64,000 nt of DNA from Marsupella aquatica (Eukaryota > Plantae > Marchantiophyta). The notes beneath the pieces are model-generated. The model did not search any database and was not told where the DNA came from. It saw only the letters and a program-made list of their open reading frames with translations. The stretch is from positions 9,298,287 through 9,362,286 of the forward strand of contig OZ316899.1 in the NCBI GenBank assembly GCA_973895155.1, written 5' to 3'. Each line of letters opens with the position of its first letter. Position 1 is the stretch's first letter. The position numbers and the translations under genes were made by a program. This document shows, one piece after another, positions 61,827-64,000 of the stretch.

Positions 61827-63220
61827 TCACAATGGCGGTAGGCCGCTCTGCTGACAAAAGTTGCCAAGGATCTTTGGGGCATTACCCAAATTTTCTTTCA
61901 ATTCCCAAGTACTTTTGGCCTGGTCATAGCCAGCCCACTTCACCAAATACTCTAAGATTTGCCTTCCTAGCTTGCGTTTGTAATGGTGATCCAGAATTGC
62001 CTCCACCTCAAACTCCTCATCGTTGTTGCATGGATTGAATGTAGGGGTCACCTCGGGCAAACAGACTATTTATGGCTGCAATCGAGACAAGTGATGAACA
62101 CAATTTGGGGCCCAAACTCAAACACTTTATTTTTTGAAAGCTTCATGATCAATACAATGGGTGCCCTCAAGCCGGTCACTCGTGAAAGCCTGATGTCTAG
62201 CCTTGCAGCGGGCCACTATCTATCTTCCATCCAATTATTATCCTCTCGAAAAGGTATCAAGTCCAAAATCCACAAAAATCCAATTCCTCAAGTGCTCAAG
62301 CTCAGAACTTTGATCCTACTCAAAATCTATCAGGTCACATTGCCAACGATCCAAAACTCAAGCTTGCTGGCTCACGGTTGGTAGCACCTCAATTCCCAAT
62401 CCAAATCTCCACAAAATGATCGACTCCCTTGGACTGAGCCGAATCCCAAGCCTTAAGTATGCCTCAGAAATAGCATCCCCGCCCAACGTGCCACCGCCAG
62501 GCAGGTTCAAAACTCAAGATTCAGCCTTATCCCTAAACACTAAACCCATTTCCTTGGGTGTCTCCAACACCATCAAAACCGGATTATCCTTGTGGGCCCA
62601 TTGGATGATGCAATAAGGCCCCGCATATCTGGGAGCCAACTTCCTACTTTTGTTCTTGTGGTATTGTTCAAGTCTCAACTATAACCCGGCGCTCTTGATG
62701 CCTATCCCCTTGCTCCTTGTACCAACTTTGGGCAAGGGTAATACCCTTGGTAGCTGCTTCCACAACTAGGCATTGCTCTCGAATAAATTGTCTATAGAAG
62801 GAACCCTGCTTTCCGTCCGCCAAGCTTCCAGATTTATGAACCAAGAGGGCGCCCTTGACGTCCTCCTAGTGGCCAACACAAATGATGCAAACCCCATCGT
62901 CGAATGCTTGGTCGAGTTATACCTAAACTTGGCCATTGTTAAGTGCTTTGCTCAATCCTTTTGATTGGCCGTCACAAAATGATGCAAATAGTCTTCCACA
63001 ATACCATTCACCCGTTCCATTTGGCCATCCGTCTCACGATGATACGCTGATCCCTCAGTAAGGTCTGTGCCAGATAACCGGAATAACACCTTCCAAAAGT
63101 GGCCCATAAACTTAGTATCACGATTGGATAGGATATGCAATGGCAATCCCATTGTTGGAAGACATTGTCAAATACTAGACCGGCAACCTCACGGGCCAAA
63201 ACTATCTTTGTAGTCGGCAA
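61827..63220 (-). pseudogene. Chromovirus integrase C-terminus and chromodomain
   Basis: GLPLHILSNRDTKF...SAYHRETDGQMERVN, KLAPRYAGPY, EFEVEAILDH...EYLVKWAGYDQAKSTWE. Confidence 0.9.
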
Positions 63221-64000
63221 TGTAGTATGACACTAGGGATATAAATAAACATTTAAGATCCAAAACTCGATATTCATTCCCATGGAAGAACATGTAAGGA
63301 ATGATTTTCTATGATTTAGCACTTTTGAATGAATAAGATAACAAAAACACAAGGTTGAGCCTTTTACTATGGTTGCTCAGCAAGGCATAGTTTTGAATGT
63401 TTGCTTAACATTGTAAATAAAATAACAAAATGGAAATAATTAACAAAACACAATGAAAATCTTGAGGTATGGTGAGGGAGTTAGGAAACAACCAAGGTGA
63501 CTCCTCAACATAACTTCATTTGATATGATTTAGGTGGTATATCCGTAAGAAACATTTTTGGAAAGGATTACGGTACTAGGATGATCACTAAAATGCCGTC
63601 AACATGTCTCAACTTTTCCTTCCAAGGTACTAAGTGGAGACTAGTAATCAATCACTTCTGTATCCAATCGGTACTTTGTGTCACGAATAAGAGACACTAT
63701 CATCATCAAATTTGAAGTCATAAGTTATTGGAAATTCATTCAGACTTGAAAGGGGAAGAATTCCTTTGTATTAAGTACTCATATGCAATGGAGTGCTTGT
63801 TACAAATGGAGGTAACAAAGTTACAATCTTACAACTAAGGGCTCATGAAATTTCTTCACACAAGAAATGACATGAGAACTACTACTTATATGCTAGCAGG
63901 AACCAAAGGAAAAAGAGATAATGAAAGGACATGTCCTTTCTTATCTCAAGGATCATGGGTAAAAGTAAAGTAACAAAATTGTACTACAGAAGTGCTTATG
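63221..64000. repeat. LTR of the same family as 53944-55713, inverted, running off the window
   Basis: TGTAGTATGACACTAGGGA is the reverse complement of the 55695-55713 terminus. Colinear to the window end. Confidence 0.88.

Larger units (their letters stand above)
52943..63220 (-). mobile_element. Chromovirus (Ty3/gypsy) 3' remnant interrupted by three insertions
   Basis: Integrase, GPY and chromodomain remnants. PPT (CCCCCCCT 55831-55838 on +) abuts the LTR end at 55830. The 3' LTR 52943-55830 is split by a solo LTR. Confidence 0.75.

Noticed and set aside
290-63220. Numerous short antisense and alternate-frame ORFs in the track
   Set aside because: They are shadows of transposon ORFs or low-complexity sequence with no motifs.

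Overview
Eukaryotic, plant-type repeat-dense window; a non-seed plant is plausible but cannot be established from sequence alone. It holds one intact host gene, an intronless ZRF1/DNAJC2 zuotin-family J-protein (37258-39366, +), inside nested and mostly decayed transposons. Left side: an Athila/Phygy-like Ty3/gypsy element with intact pol, a candidate -1 frameshift signal between protease and RT, and a large extra 3' ORF. It sits in a CACTA fragment that sits in another CACTA transposase, which in turn interrupts a second gypsy element. A truncated Bianca-type Ty1/copia is fused in frame to a gypsy gag, and a third CACTA carries a SET-domain lysine-methyltransferase-like exon upstream of, and possibly spliced into, its TnpD transposase. 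Right side: a decayed minus-strand cargo block (ubiquitin fragment, beta-class N4/N6 DNA-methyltransferase-like motif, FCP1/NIF-like HAD phosphatase), a non-autonomous Bianca-type element, and a chromovirus remnant hosting a solo LTR, a full-length Bianca copia and another LTR. The strongest candidate for an undescribed system is the SET-bearing CACTA transposon. All alignments and translations were done by eye, so boundaries without a TSD or TIR are approximate.
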